A DNA stretch of 64,000 bases from Lytechinus pictus (taxonomy: Eukaryota): assembly GCF_037042905.1 (NCBI RefSeq), contig NC_087251.1:12030001-12094000 (forward strand), read 5' to 3'. Position numbers and translations under genes: made by a program. A model generated the notes under the pieces. It was not told where the DNA came from, ran no database searches, and worked only from the letters and a program-made list of their open reading frames with translations. Shown piece by piece: positions 50,119 to 63,130 of this stretch. The stretch's first letter is position 1, and every line of letters begins with the position of its first letter.

Positions 50119-53100
50119 TACCTTTACCAACAATTTTATACATAGCAATAAATGGCATAAAATTGTTCGTACGGTGTTCGTAAAGGTATTTGTGATAAAA
50201 CAAGACTACCGGTAGATGCTGATTTTGTTCTTCTTCTTTCATTGAAAAGAACTTAAAATCACTGACTCACGATATCAAAGTCATACTTACTAAGAGAAAA
50301 CTTTTGTTTTATTTCAACTAAAAGTAAAAAATTATGGACAATTACCCCATGAGTCTTCATGATAATCACAGGCTGGGTACACAAGCTCCGTGCTAACAAT
50401 TCCTATAGTATCTTGCAGATATTCAGCTGTGCAGCATATTCTTGCCATTATGCCAATGTTATTGGCACAGCTAAATCATGAAACCTGCGAATATGATAAA
50501 GTCCTCTGAGGTAATAACCATCCATCATTAAATGATGCATGAAGCCATGATACCACATTGTTATGGAAAGCTTACCACGTTTTTACCTTAGCTAAGGGCC
50601 CGCTATCAGATTTGAACGATTTCCCTTTCCCTTAATCTTTATTAGTTACTTTGTCATTCTCTTTGAATTTAGGGTGCTAGAGGAGTCTCGCACCTGTAAT
50701 AAACCATTTACTAATAATGTACAGAAATTATTTGATGCAGATCACTGATCTAAAAAATGTAAAAATAATGGATATTAGCTGAATACATTTTGCAAGGCAT
50801 TATTCATGAAATCATTTTGACAACTTTAGATCTGACAAGCACTTACATAATGTTGCGGGATATCTAAACCAAATACCCAGGTATCCAAAATTTGGTCTCA
50901 AAAGTTGTACAAGACATGAAAGTAAACATTCAGTGAACAGCACGGTCAAAACAAATTTGCATGGCGGATTTATTGCAAAATTTTTTTAGCCCCCCCCCCC
51001 TTGTAAGTTAGGGTTAAGATGTTTTGGTTCTTGTTTGATATATTTAATATTAATAGTAAAAATTAATATGACAAGAAATTAATATAGTCATAGATCTATT
51101 ATAGGCCTTCCCCAGTTTTATTATACTTTCTTCCTTCTTTTATAATTTTCTTCCCTAACTCATCTTTTCATTCCCTCTTCTTTTTCTTTAGCTTCCCTTT
51201 TCGCCGCCAATAGAGGGGGGGGGGGGGCGTCAGTGGCCACTTTGCCCCCATGGATTTGCATGCCTTGCCTATACATATGATCCTGTCTTCATTACAGAAT
51301 ATTTTCACTTTAAATTTCCACATAGGCGGATCTAGGGGGCCGAGGGACCGTCCCCCTTTTTTGGCGGAGCAAAAACAAAAAGAAACTAGAATTTTAATTC
51401 GTCATGAGGACGAATTAGGTGATCTGTCTCTGATTTCATGATCACGAAGACAATCAGCATGTTTATTGACATCAATACGATGATCATATTGAAAACTAAA
51501 CTTTTATTACAAAAAGAACATGATGAATACTCTTGAAAAGAAAGAAATGAGAAACTTTGGAAAATAGGTGTAAATGATACACATGGTACATGTACATGTT
51601 ATATCAAAAGGATTTTTAAAACTATTTTATTGTGCAATGTTTTAACTTATATACCTTGTAATGGTCATGAAGGACCATTTGTGAAATGTTGAAAAGAAAA
51701 AAAAAAAAAAAAAATCTCATGTTCACCCCTGGGTTCCAACCCTCGACCCTAAGAAAGCAAGTCCGATGCCTTATCAAGACTTTACACATAAGCACTATTT
51801 CCCATAGACTTTACACATAGGATCTCAAATCCAATTTTGCAAGAGAAATACGGGCATGATCCTGGCATCTGATTGGAAAATGGAGACCACACTAGCGATA
51901 GCTTACAATCTCAGCTACAACATACTCCAAGCTCAGAGAAAACCGACAAAAAGAAATGGAGATATGGCTCGCGAAATAGAAGAATGTAAAATCCAGTTTT
52001 GATAAAAAGTCATTTCCCATAGAGATTGCACACAAAATGAGCGAAAATGACATGCCTCTATAACTTGCCATTTTTCAGATTGATAAAAAAGTTTTATTCT
52101 ATGATTCTGATGAATCAAGAGAAAAAAGGGAAATAAAACCAACAGAAAGAAACCCTTACAAAGGAAATTCCAAGATTATGCATCCTGTTTATGTTTTGGA
52201 AATGCACTGATTTCTCAATAAAATGATATATAAACCGTCTTTGGGTGAACTGTGTCTGAATTTATAGACTAGTACAGTATGCACGTTGGCTATGTGTGTT
52301 TGCAGTATAATACAGTAGGCCTGAATTTCATTCACTTGTATGATACGTGTGTGTGTGTGCGAGGCCGGGATTTGTGTGTTTGTGTTGAAGAATCACTGCA
52401 GGTTTACGTAATGAGGTCAAAAACACATTTGCCCTGCACCATGCGCATGCATGGACACACTTAATTATATAATCGTACAGTAGTAAAAGGTCATGATGAG
52501 TTCAGTCCACTGGTTTGTAGTGTAGTTTCCATGTTCTCTTTTTCATGTACTGTCAGAGGGACATGAATTCATCTCCTGCCCAGAGATAATCGAGCTCTAA
52601 CCAAAACTCAGCATGTCAGTGTCAAGTTTTGGAAAACTGGCAATCCTATGGAAATAGTAATGAACTTGTAATTAATTATTGGATAAAGTTCTGTAAATAA
52701 TGACATTCAGTTCGAAAGTATATTTTTCCATAATTCGATGTAGGCCATTTCACATGGTAAACCACTAACTAACTAGGCCGGCCAAAAAAAAATGTGGGTC
52801 GGGTGTAATGTCGATATACTTAAATAGGGCCTCAATCGTCATACTTTTCCCCATATTTCAATTTTCCCCTTTCTCTTTATAACTGGCAATGGGGAAACAC
52901 TGACGCCATATTATGGGTCACCAAAATGTTACTGTTATGAATATCTGTCTCACTTCTCAGGTCTCTATGCATATATTCAGTGATCGATGTGCGCAGATTT
53001 TACCTTACTTTAGACTGAAATGAATATATGATTTTTATAAAGTGGGTTTTTTTTGGGGGGGGCTTGGTCATTTTCATGTGGAAAAATATGGCAAACAGTC

Positions 53101-53173
53101 ACTTGATCTGCAACTAACCGTCCAAATATATGTTTTGTATCCACATGAAGGAAGCACAGCGATCGATTGAACG

Positions 53174-53631
53174 AAGTCCATGCATATCCCAACAAAAATT
53201 TTATTTGAATAAAAAGAAAAATCCAAGCACTGAACATTTTATCAAAATCGGATGTAAAATAAGATTTTTTATGATCATGATTTCACAGAACAGTAATTTA
53301 TATGCCCATCCTGGTCTGTATGACTGATGACGGCACACACTTCTTTTTGTATTATATTACCTGTATATGAAATATGACTATCTAATTTCCTCATTGAAAT
53401 GTGACAAAAAGTGTTATTTGTTCCTAAATATGTAGAATAACCGTTGTGGATTACATTTTTATGGTTGCAGTCAAGTTGGTCCTTATTTTCAAATCTCTAA
53501 GACTATAATTCAAACAATTTCATTTCATTCATTTTACATCGGGTTTTTGTGAAATTTTCAAAATTATGCTTGTTAGATTTTTTTCTATTAATTGATTCAA
53601 ATCAACACTTTTTCTGGGGTGGACGTGACCT
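53174..53631. mobile_element. Decayed Kolobok-type MITE (family of 34134-34734)
   Basis: Right end TGGGGTGGACGTGACCT|TTAA and shared internal blocks; left end eroded. Confidence 0.6.
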
Positions 53632-54042
53632 TTAAACATTGAACCATGTGCGCGATGCAAAAATAGCAGGGACAATGATTTAATTATAAGCACTGATTTT
53701 CAAGTCATTATAAGCACAAGAAGAAGAAACTGAGAACGAGAAGGAAAATGCAAGAGAGAAATTAGTAGATAAAGAAAGAAAGAACTGAAGAAAGGGGGGG
53801 GGAAGCTAGGATCACATCGTTGGGAATTTGTTCTGACAATGATGGCCTCAAAACTTTATTGCAATTTTTCGTTTCTAACTTGACAAACAAGCCATGCACA
53901 TACACGTACGTCCCTCATTATAAAATGGATAAATATCCGGATATTGTCAATTGGACTGTATTTATGAGAGAAAAGCTGTAAAAAATATGTTGCGATATCG
54001 GCCTAAATTATTGCAACATAATTCATAGTGCATTGAAATAAT

Positions 54043-54143
54043 CATGGACCTGGCCACGGAGGATGATCTATATTGTTACTGGGGGTGCTGTGACAATGCT
54101 CAGCACCCTAACAATAGAATAATCCTCCGTGGCCAGGTCCATG
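54043..54143. mobile_element. 101-bp hAT-like MITE
   Basis: 21-bp perfect TIR CATGGACCTGGCCACGGAGGA; TSD GAAATAAT / GGAATAAT. Confidence 0.8.
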
Positions 54144-55000
54144 GGAATAATGTTATTTCTTCATTCAAAAATAACACACTTTCTTGTAAATAGGCCTATT
54201 TGTTCATTTGCATGGCTTATACCCCTCCTCCAACCTCACCAATCACAGAAGGTGGACAAATACTGAGCAAATATTTGACATTCATATAAAACCCCACGGT
54301 ATAAAACGTGTAATTTTTGTTTGTCACCGAAACAAAACACGAATCTCTCGTAATAAAAAGATCTCTGACTTAATAATTTTGTAGTCAAAACTATATTCAC
54401 AATGTGAGAAAGAGCAGCGGTCGAAAATACAGTATACACCCGTTTTCCCATTTTTCTTTCCACATTGGCATGTTTGGCGGATCCAGGCTGTGGGCACCCC
54501 AGGTATATTTTGAGAATTGCTAGACATTTGGCATATCTATTTACTTTAATTAATGCATTTATTAAATCATTCATTTATCATATATTCTGTTTCATTTACC
54601 CAGGGTAAGAGAGTCCTGCACAACAGAGGTAAATGTAGGAAAATTGCCATATGGTCCGGTCTGTTTTGCTATTTCCACCACTTTTTATTTGAAAATCCAA
54701 AATGATACATTTCCTATTGTTCCACGTTCATTTTACACGTTCCAATAAATAAAAAAAATCTTACTTGACATCTAACACGAAACGAGTGACCATTTTCAAA
54801 CTTTCTTCACAACGTAAAATTTTATAAGAACCTTTTTACTATAATTGGCGAGCTTGCCTGGCACATTCATTCCCATTTGATATTGACCAGTTTCAAGTTT
54901 CCAATTTGCACCTTTCTAATGAGTCTGAGCAGAAATACAATTTGGTAAAGAACTACATAGCTCCTTTGTAGAGGCATCTTTACAAATAATATATTGGATA

Positions 55001-55956
55001 CAGACACGGATCCAGCCTTCGCTGATGGGGGGGGGGGGGGGGACGGATTTAGTTTCTGCCATATTTTCCCCGATCGGCCGCTCGAAGTTGATTTGTGTAT
55101 GTTTACTTGAAGGGGTATATAGTCCTAACAGTGCACCTCTATACCGATATTCTTAAAAATAAGCATGAATATATAATAATCTCATAAGCCTTATCTAAAT
55201 AGTTCGAGCGCGAGCTACCGGGTAATTTTGTTTTTGAAATTTTATGTGTTTTGTCCTAAAATTAAATCATTCTAGGCAATGTTTGTGGTCCTGAACAAAT
55301 TGTGTATGCAACTAATATACTGCGAAGAGTGAGTAGAAATATATACGTTTTGATCTGATCGAAAAGGGACCTTGTCAAGGACTTCTTGCAGTTAGCAATG
55401 AATGCGATTATGTTTCAACAATCAAATAGTGCGAGCGCGATTTTTTTTTACCTAAAGAAGGGAAACTCTAAGCTCTTTTTGTAAACGTGAACAGGATAGG
55501 TATATCACTGAACAATGATGCGAGAGCGAAGCGCGAGCGTACTAGGTAGGCGTATAGGTAGGCCTAGAAAATAATATAGGTAGGCCTACCTAACCAATCA
55601 AATTTTACACAGCGCGAGTAGAAGATAATATTCAGACCATAAAAGTGACATTTTTACAGAACACTTTCTAAAAATCAATTTGTAACTTTTGAAATGAAAG
55701 TTCGATTACTGAGCTGAAGTATGTTCTGTATATTGACTTTAAAATTTGATACTTTAAACTCCATATTGTGCAAGATATGTAAAACACCTAGTAGGCTATG
55801 CGAGCACGAACAGTGAGCGAAAATTTTATAAAGTGACATGAAAGATTTGTTTTATTTTCCAAGTCTTCCCCTTATCTTATTTTATTCATTCTCCTTCCTC
55901 CTCTTCTTTCACTTCTCTCTTTTCCCCCTTCTTTTTCGTTTTTGTTTCTTTCCCCC
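55001..55956 (-). mobile_element. Diverged fragment related to the interior of the 4304-8938 hAT-like element
   Basis: Starts CAGACACGGATCCAG. TTTTCCCCGATCGGCCGCTC is the reverse complement of ~8203-8222; 55700-55900 resembles 530-760. Confidence 0.6.
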
Positions 55957-56650
55957 TTTTTAGGTGATCTGTCAATCGACAGATCAACTATTAATTTCGT
56001 ACGAATTTTCTTTTTTATTTTAATTTTGAGTTTCGACGCCACTTTGATGACGTCATGATAAAATTAAGGGTCAAATGTGACATGGAATCATATCTCCCAT
56101 CTATACACTATTGGAATATGAAAAAAAATCGGGGGTCAACGGACTTTTTTAAAGAGCTATAATGAATTTTGTATAGGCATGTTTTTGCACATATATTGTC
56201 TATGGTTAGTGCGCGCGCGCGTGCGTGCTGTAAACTTTGATGGAGGCTTATTCCGTTATTACTTGTCGTAAAAGGTTGATCAAGGTATCAAATTATTCAG
56301 AATTATATTATCAATGCATTGGTATAAAGAAAATAGTGACCCTATGCTCTATAGTGCCGTTACGCGCGCGCAAATTTTTGAAATGCTTAAAATGACCTGA
56401 ATCGTACTCTACTTTGGTCAAAAAGTGATTTTGAGCATTTTAAAATTTTGACGCGTGCGTACGCGCGCATCGTGACCTTTACATGACTTTTAATGACATG
56501 GACAGTTGACCCTTGACCTGAAGTTAATGTGATGTAAATATTGTTATTTTTTAAAAATAGATAATGAAGATATGATTGATAACGTGATTTTACAAAATGG
56601 CGTCTAGATGACGTCATGATGACCTTTTGACCTTGATGGCTTGATCTTGC
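55957..56650 (-). mobile_element. Probable HINE-like fragment
   Basis: TTTTTAG followed by hairpin GATCTGTC-AATC-GACAGATC; TGACCTTTGACC-type motifs; right boundary uncertain. Confidence 0.4.
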
Positions 56651-57219
56651 GTCGCGTAACGTTGGGGAAGAACAATAGAAAACAAGATGGCGGCGTAAAC
56701 ATCGGGCAAGTCTCTTCCGTCTATTCATGATATTTTTCTCATTTTTTTTGGATGAATTCTTGTCTAAAAATAAAATCCATAGCGTAGAAATGTCGGAAAT
56801 TAAGTTGTATCCCATGTACATGATTTAGGGCTAGATCTTTTTAGAAAGAAAGTAGAAATCTCGGGGGCGAAAGTTTCAGGTTTTTTGGTGGTACACGCAA
56901 AAGTATATGACGGAAGCCCTGGCTTCGTATGAGAGTGACCTTACGTTAGTAAATGATTTTTACTCTCTAGAAAGTAGAAGCCGCCTGGCTAGGGACGGTA
57001 CTATCACGAGTATAATATACTGTTGTTGGAGCTATCCCCACTGCGTGCAAAGTGAACTTGATTTCCCGTAGAGTGGGGACTGTATCACGAGTATATATGG
57101 AGAGAATCCAAGTGTAAGTGTGTTTCATTTGTGTGTGTTATCATTTCGCAAATTCTCGAGCTGTGCGAGAGTTGGGGACTGTGTTCTGGAGAAAGGAAGT
57201 GATTTTCATGCGTTCTGGT

Positions 57220-58087
57220 CACTCTAGGCGACACCCCAATACTTACCCGTGCTAATAAACTGGGACTCCACTCACGCGCATTTGGGCCGCCCTAGCTTAG
57301 AACTAAGCTTTGTTTTACTAAAAAATAAATCTTGTAATGATTCAATAAATGTTACTTAATAAATTAGTACTGTTAAATCGGTACTCACCGGTTCTTTTCT
57401 TGAATTTTCTGGCAATTTCCCACGCTTCTGGCTTCAATTCTGCGGCTGTTCCTGTCGCGGTAGACAGCTACATATGCAACTTTATTTATAAATAGAGCGC
57501 CCCTTACGATAGTTGTTAAGAACGCGGCCAAATTGTTAGGTTTTTTGCACTGTGTCCAAGGCGTTTTTATTTTGTTTGATTTTTTATTTTTTAATAAATA
57601 TTTTGTTAAATAGCGATTTTTACGTCAAATATTAAATTCATATCACAAAATATTTTTAATTGTAGAAATATATATAATATCATGCAATTATTTATTCTAT
57701 ATATATTTTATAATAAAATTTATAATTGTTGCGGTCTTTAAAAAAGGATAGTCGATCGATCAGGTGATGACTACTCGTATCACGTGATCTGAAAATCAGC
57801 TTCGTACCGCTTTGATCGCACTCGACGGGACCGGACTGACTGCCAAGAAAAGATCGAAAAAGGACTCAAATGTAAGTTTCCCTTTATTTTATAACATTTA
57901 AAGTATAGTTAATGGGTAATTTTTTAATAAATGCTAAACAAATGAGGACAAAGCTTGCATTTTTCGAGTAATAATCACTAATATCATAAAAATACTTGGG
58001 TGCAGGACTTTCTAACCTGTTTTTAACGCATTGTCGCCTATGAGGTCCATACATGTTAATGTTTGGACCTCATTGGTACTAGGAGTG
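57220..58087 (+). mobile_element. CACTC...GAGTG element L, flanked on both sides by GTTCTGGT
   Basis: GTTCTGGT at 57212-57219 and 58088-58095; hairpin 58040-58073; asymmetric subTIR TAGGCGACA. Confidence 0.8.
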
Positions 58088-58797
58088 GTTCTGGTCACTC
58101 CCACTCATGGGATCAATGCATCTCGCGTGCGAAGGATTCATATGCACATGGTGCACGCGAATTTTTCACACCCTTTTTACTAAAATAACTAAGCCATTCC
58201 TTTTAAAATAATGTTTCTAATTGTGCTATGACACTTACCGAACCATATGGATCGTTTCTTGTCTTCTCTTTGGTGTGTTTTTAAGAAAAAAAATGCATTT
58301 TCTCGTGATCTTCACGTAGATACCGCAGGGTAATTGTGGTTGTAAACTTTTGCTTAAAGAGGGCGCGCGATATTATTCACAAGATGTTTGTTTACGGTTC
58401 TGCAGCTTGTACTGCTAGCTGCATTTTAGACGCTCAGCATTATTTTCCTCTTTCTGTTTTTTTTTTTGCTGTCAAGCGGTATTTTCTATTGTAGCGCCAT
58501 CAGCGATAATGAAATGTAAAGAGTCGCCTTGAAATGAAGAAAAATTATGTCACATTAATTCGTTAGTTTGTTTCCTATTTTTTTTCACTTTTTTCTTCTT
58601 CCTCATCTATGATCAAAGGTGAATACCTTTTTTTGATATAGATGTTCTAAAAGCTGGACATTTTAAATATTTTGTTCAAGTAAATAAATCAACAGGATAG
58701 TAATCAAAATGCGATAGAGCTGCCCGAGCTGAAAATTCTGATACAAGGACTTGAAAATAAAACATTCTGAGCACTTTTTATAACCATGATGAGGAGA

Positions 58798-58799
<2 letters not shown>

Positions 58800-58847
<48 letters not shown>

Positions 58848-58901
58848 AAGTTATACATGTACTACAGCTTTGGCAACTCTTTTATTTAAATATTGTGTGA
58901 A

Positions 58902-58941
<40 letters not shown>

Positions 58942-58958
58942 CTTGATTTATTTACGCC

Positions 58959-58993
<35 letters not shown>

Positions 58994-59000
58994 ATGTATA
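58800..59000. repeat. (TA)n microsatellite cluster
   Basis: Three TA runs directly visible. Confidence 0.95.
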
Positions 59001-59839
59001 TGAAATAAGCTAACACGAAAAAAATACGTTTTGGGGACTGTTAAATAAGAATTCATGAGTGGGATAGGTAACTATCTATTCTATTCTTGTTCGTTTTCTA
59101 TTATTATTTGTGTGTTGTGTTTATTTTTCTTGAAGCACCAAAAGGTGGACATGTCCGCTAAGATATATTAACGAAGTCACCATTATTATCACAAGCTAAC
59201 GGATCAATTAAAATGTGAGCGTGAAACGTAAGCTTCTTTTTTTCTTAATTCAGTCTTAACGATACTTTTTCATCATATTTTAAAGGTGAATCTCATGATT
59301 CAAAATGATAAATGCTTGTCGCACGGGCAGAAATAGCGGGACCAATAGTTATTTTCAATATTCCGAACTGCATTCTGGACGTTGTATAAGCGCCTTTGTA
59401 TAACAATTAAAAGGTAGGTCTATTTACCTTACAAATTATGTGAGCGCTGAACTTTTGGACATTTAAACCTCAACAAATTGACATTTTTTAAATATGAACA
59501 ACATCATAAATGTCACTTACAAAAATGATGCCAGCGCGAAGCTCGCGCTTAGAGTTTTTGATATTGATGACAGGACTGTATCTAAATGAAAAATAATGCG
59601 AGGGCATTTGCGCTTAAGATTTAAATTTGGGATTTGAAAAGTCCGACAGATTACCTATACTTTTAAAAGAGGAATGACCTCCAGAATTCAAGCGCGAAGC
59701 GCCAGTAGATTTATGTTGAAGTTTAGACCTAGAACAGGGACGTTGAACCTTTATAATCATGAAAAAGATGGTATTTTTATAAATAAAACATGGGAGTCTA
59801 ATTTTGTTTTAGTGTTAATATTCAGATCTTCAAACTTGA

Positions 59840-60335
59840 CATTTTCCTATCCCCTTCATTATCCCCTCTCCTTCTCCCTTTCCCCATTTTCGTTCTCCCT
59901 TCTTTTCTTCTCTCCCTTTCCCTTCCCTTTTTCGCTTTTCCTTTCCCTTCTTTTCTTTCCTTTCTCCCTCCCCTACTCTTTTCTCGCTCTTTCCCATTTT
60001 TCTTTCCCTCTCCCTTCCCCTCTTCCTTTCTTTTGTTTTCTTTCTATTTTATGGTCTCCTTTTCCCTCTCTCTCCTCTACCTTTCCCCCTCCCCTGATCT
60101 GTCTTTTATTGTCTCTCCTTTCCTTTCCCGCCCCCTCCATTCCCTTTCTCGCTTTTTCCTTTCCCTTCTTTTCTTTCCTTTCTCCCTCCCCTATATACTC
60201 TTTTCTCGCTCTTTCCATTTTTCTTTCCCTCTCCCTTCCCCTCTTCCTTTCCTTTGTTTTCTTTCTATTTTATGGTCTCCTTTTCCCTCTCCTCTACCTT
60301 TCCCCCTCCCTTTTCCTTTCCCTTTCCCTCTGCTT
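59840..60335. repeat. Polypyrimidine tract with an internal ~140-bp duplication
   Basis: ~59952-60094 is repeated at ~60172-60311. Confidence 0.85.
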
Positions 60336-61166
60336 TTTTGTGCAAACATTAACACGAACATCTTGCTTCCTACACACACACACAAACGCCCGCTATCTAA
60401 CACACGTAATGCGAAACAATCGGGACATTATCATTTTGTTCATACATATATATGTATATTTTCTCAATGAACATTTTCATCTATTTAAAGCTTTGAAAAT
60501 GATCAAACAATGATTCCACAGGCGAAATCTCAATGATCATTAGAAAGGTACTTTACCCATTTTCATTTTATGTCATTGTGATTATTCCATACTAAGGCAA
60601 CATATTTTGGATATAAAAATACGTGAAGGATATGTTCCTCTTCTGTTTTATACTTTAACAGAAAACATTTTGTTCAACCAAATTATGATTTGTATTTCCA
60701 AGTTCCATGTAATATTTTCATTGGAAAATCTCTTAAAGGTCAAGTGCACCCCAGAAAAAATTGTTTGAATAAATAGAGAACTATGTTGATTTTTGGTACA
60801 ATTTCCTATTATGCGCCGACGACTTGAATCGAGAATGTTCGATAGGAAAATTTCGCATTTCGATTGTTGTTTGCGTAATTTCCACCGCAGTACGAAGGAT
60901 GACTAAGGACGGACCGAGCGAAGTATCCTGGTTGAGATTTGGAGGTAAGCGATAAAAACACTTTAATAAATAATTTATAATTGCTTTTTGAAATAAACTT
61001 GATCATACGATCAAGATTAACATAGTGGACAAATATTGAAAGGTTTGGCGTAGTTTAGTCCCTCACATTCGTGTGATGGATGAAAACGTCAAAATGCACT
61101 ATGAAATCACATGTGTTGTGCGAGGTTAGTATACTATTACTAACCTCGCATGTTGTGTGAGTGGGT

Positions 61167-62043
61167 CACTCCTAGTACCAATGAGGTCCAACATTACATG
61201 TATGGACCTCATAGGCGACATCAGTAGTATTTTTGGTTAGAAATCTCTGAGAACAGGATATTTATATATTATATCACAAGTACAAGCTATATTCCTTTCT
61301 CTTATTTGAATTATAATTTTATAGTGTAAATGCATCGTTAGCAACAAAAAAAAATGAAAGAAATGAAGGGGAACTTACATTTTCACGGCTTTTTCCTGAT
61401 TTTCTGGGCAGCTGCTCTTCTCTTCTGACTCGCGATCGAAGCTGATATGAAGATCACGTGATTCGCGTTCTCGTCAGCTGATCGGTTGGTTATTCTTTTC
61501 GTCAGACGTTAATAATATATATTTTATAATGCTAGCATTCATCGCTAATTTAGGTGAAAGAGATTGAAGTTAAACAGCGCCAGGTCGGAATCATAATTAT
61601 TTTGGAAGAGTGTATTTATACACTCGATCTCATACCTGACGTAGACGGCGCTATTCAACAAATGCACAATCTTCAATATAAAAAATAAAACAGAAAGAAC
61701 GCCTTGAACACAGGCCAAAATGCCTAACGATTTCTCCGCGGCATTAACAACTATCGTAAAGGGCGCTCCATTTATCAATAAAGATGGATGCTAAGCTGTC
61801 TATGGCGACAAAATTTGCCGCAAATATTTACGAAGAATTGTGAGAAATGGTCTGAAAATGCAACAAAAGAACCGGTGAGTACCGATTAAACATTATCAAT
61901 TTATTTAATAGAACATATTTAATGACTACAATGTAACAATTTCTAGATAATATTGCTTAGTTCTAAGCTAGGGCGGCCCAAATGCGCGTGAGTGGAGTCC
62001 CAGTTTATTAGCACGGGTAAGTATTGGGGTGTCGCCTAGAGTG
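61167..62043 (-). mobile_element. CACTC...GAGTG element R, inverted sibling of L
   Basis: 61955-62043 is the exact reverse complement of 57220-57308; hairpin 61181-61212; followed by GTTCTGGT at 62044-62051. Confidence 0.8.
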
Positions 62044-62362
62044 GTTCTGGTACTGGTAGGTGTTACTGTCAGTTAGTAATAATCCCCATTTTTGGATTTG
62101 GGGACTATATCACGATTAGGACCCTATGCCGCTAATGGAATGAAACATAAAGGAAAATACGTAAACTGAGCGACGATTGGGCAGCGTACGGTATGGAATC
62201 TAAGACTAAGTCTAACTTAACTTTACTTTAGTTACATTCCTCCCTCGCCTCGGGCCTAGGTCTACGTGCTAACATAGATCTGAATACTTGGGACTAAAGT
62301 AAAGAAAATTATTCCTATCCTAGTCAGAGTACGGAGTAGTCCTAATTACAGCTGCGACTTAC

Positions 62363-62497
62363 CTGGCCTGGAGCAGAAGCACCCGGAAATTGCAGTTGAA
62401 ATAAGTCATTGGCATTGTTAAATGACGCCCACGTCGCATCTAAAAGCAATAACAAAATGCTTAAAGTTGTAATCTGCGTTAAATTAAATTTCTCCAT
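62363..62497 (-). CDS. ERLEC1: ERLEC1 exon 1 (signal peptide)
   Basis: AAAATGG start; MEKFNLTQITTLSILLLLLDATWA...LFQLQFPG; donor CAG|GTAAGT. Confidence 0.88.
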
Positions 62498-62726
62498 TTT
62501 AACAGTGGACGTACCGGTGCCGTGCAAGCGCAAGCAGGTTCACAACATATACAGATGTTGTTGTCGTACGTGTCAGTATCGGCCGTGTCGGCTAGCCGGC
62601 CGCGAGGCCGGCCGGACCCGGCCTCCACGACCTATAGAGCGATGCTCTCACTGATCTATACACAAAACTCAAAAGTGAAGTAAATTGAAATATAATTATG
62701 AATTAGAAAATTATTTACTCTTGGGT

Positions 62727-63130
62727 ATTCAAGTTCAAGTTCGTCTTTATTCATCCATATTGGAAATTTGTTTTGTTTATATTATAGTCAATAACATAAA
62801 AAATGCCATATTAAACATATCATACAGTGAAAGTATATCATACCCGTTTACATAAAGACTAAAGACATAAAGCCAGAAGTGCTAACATTAATTCACAAAA
62901 GTTACTGTATTGCCTCCAGTGTGTTATCAGCATTTCATTACAATTTGAAAATTTTCCTTTAATATCAGAGCATGAATTAAGGTATATTAGCACATTAAAT
63001 CCTAATTAAGGCTATTATAATACTGTTTTGCCGTCAAAAAGAATTAAATTAGAAATTTCATTACAAGCAGTTCAGCATTTCAAAATTTCATTGACAAAAA
63101 GGAAATTTACAACGTTCATCAAACTCAATA
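62727..63130 (-). mobile_element. Possible 3' end of a decayed LINE
   Basis: (AACTTG)n tail preceded by AATAAA on the minus strand; no recognisable RT motif. Confidence 0.3.

Larger units (their letters stand above)
58096..61163 (+). mobile_element. CACTC...GAGTG element M (about 3.1 kb, with secondary repeats inside)
   Basis: Begins immediately after GTTCTGGT; ends in a 13-bp-stem hairpin (61119-61150) plus TGTGTGAGTG, homologous to 3957-4005. Confidence 0.65.
39472..62497 (-). other. ERLEC1: Gene span: endoplasmic reticulum lectin 1 (erlectin/XTP3-B), 10 coding exons, about 457 aa
   Basis: 1374 bp in frame over 10 GT-AG exons. Signal peptide plus two MRH domains ([46 protein letters not shown]...[16 protein letters not shown]...VEASIICPLL). 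Confidence 0.92.

Noticed and set aside
59674..60513. 279-aa ORF as cargo of element M
   Set aside because: Mostly a translation of a polypyrimidine tract.
62566..62630. UPR element upstream of ERLEC1 (TACGTGTCA, CCACG)
   Set aside because: No complete ERSE (CCAAT-N9-CCACG) or UPRE consensus; too short to support.
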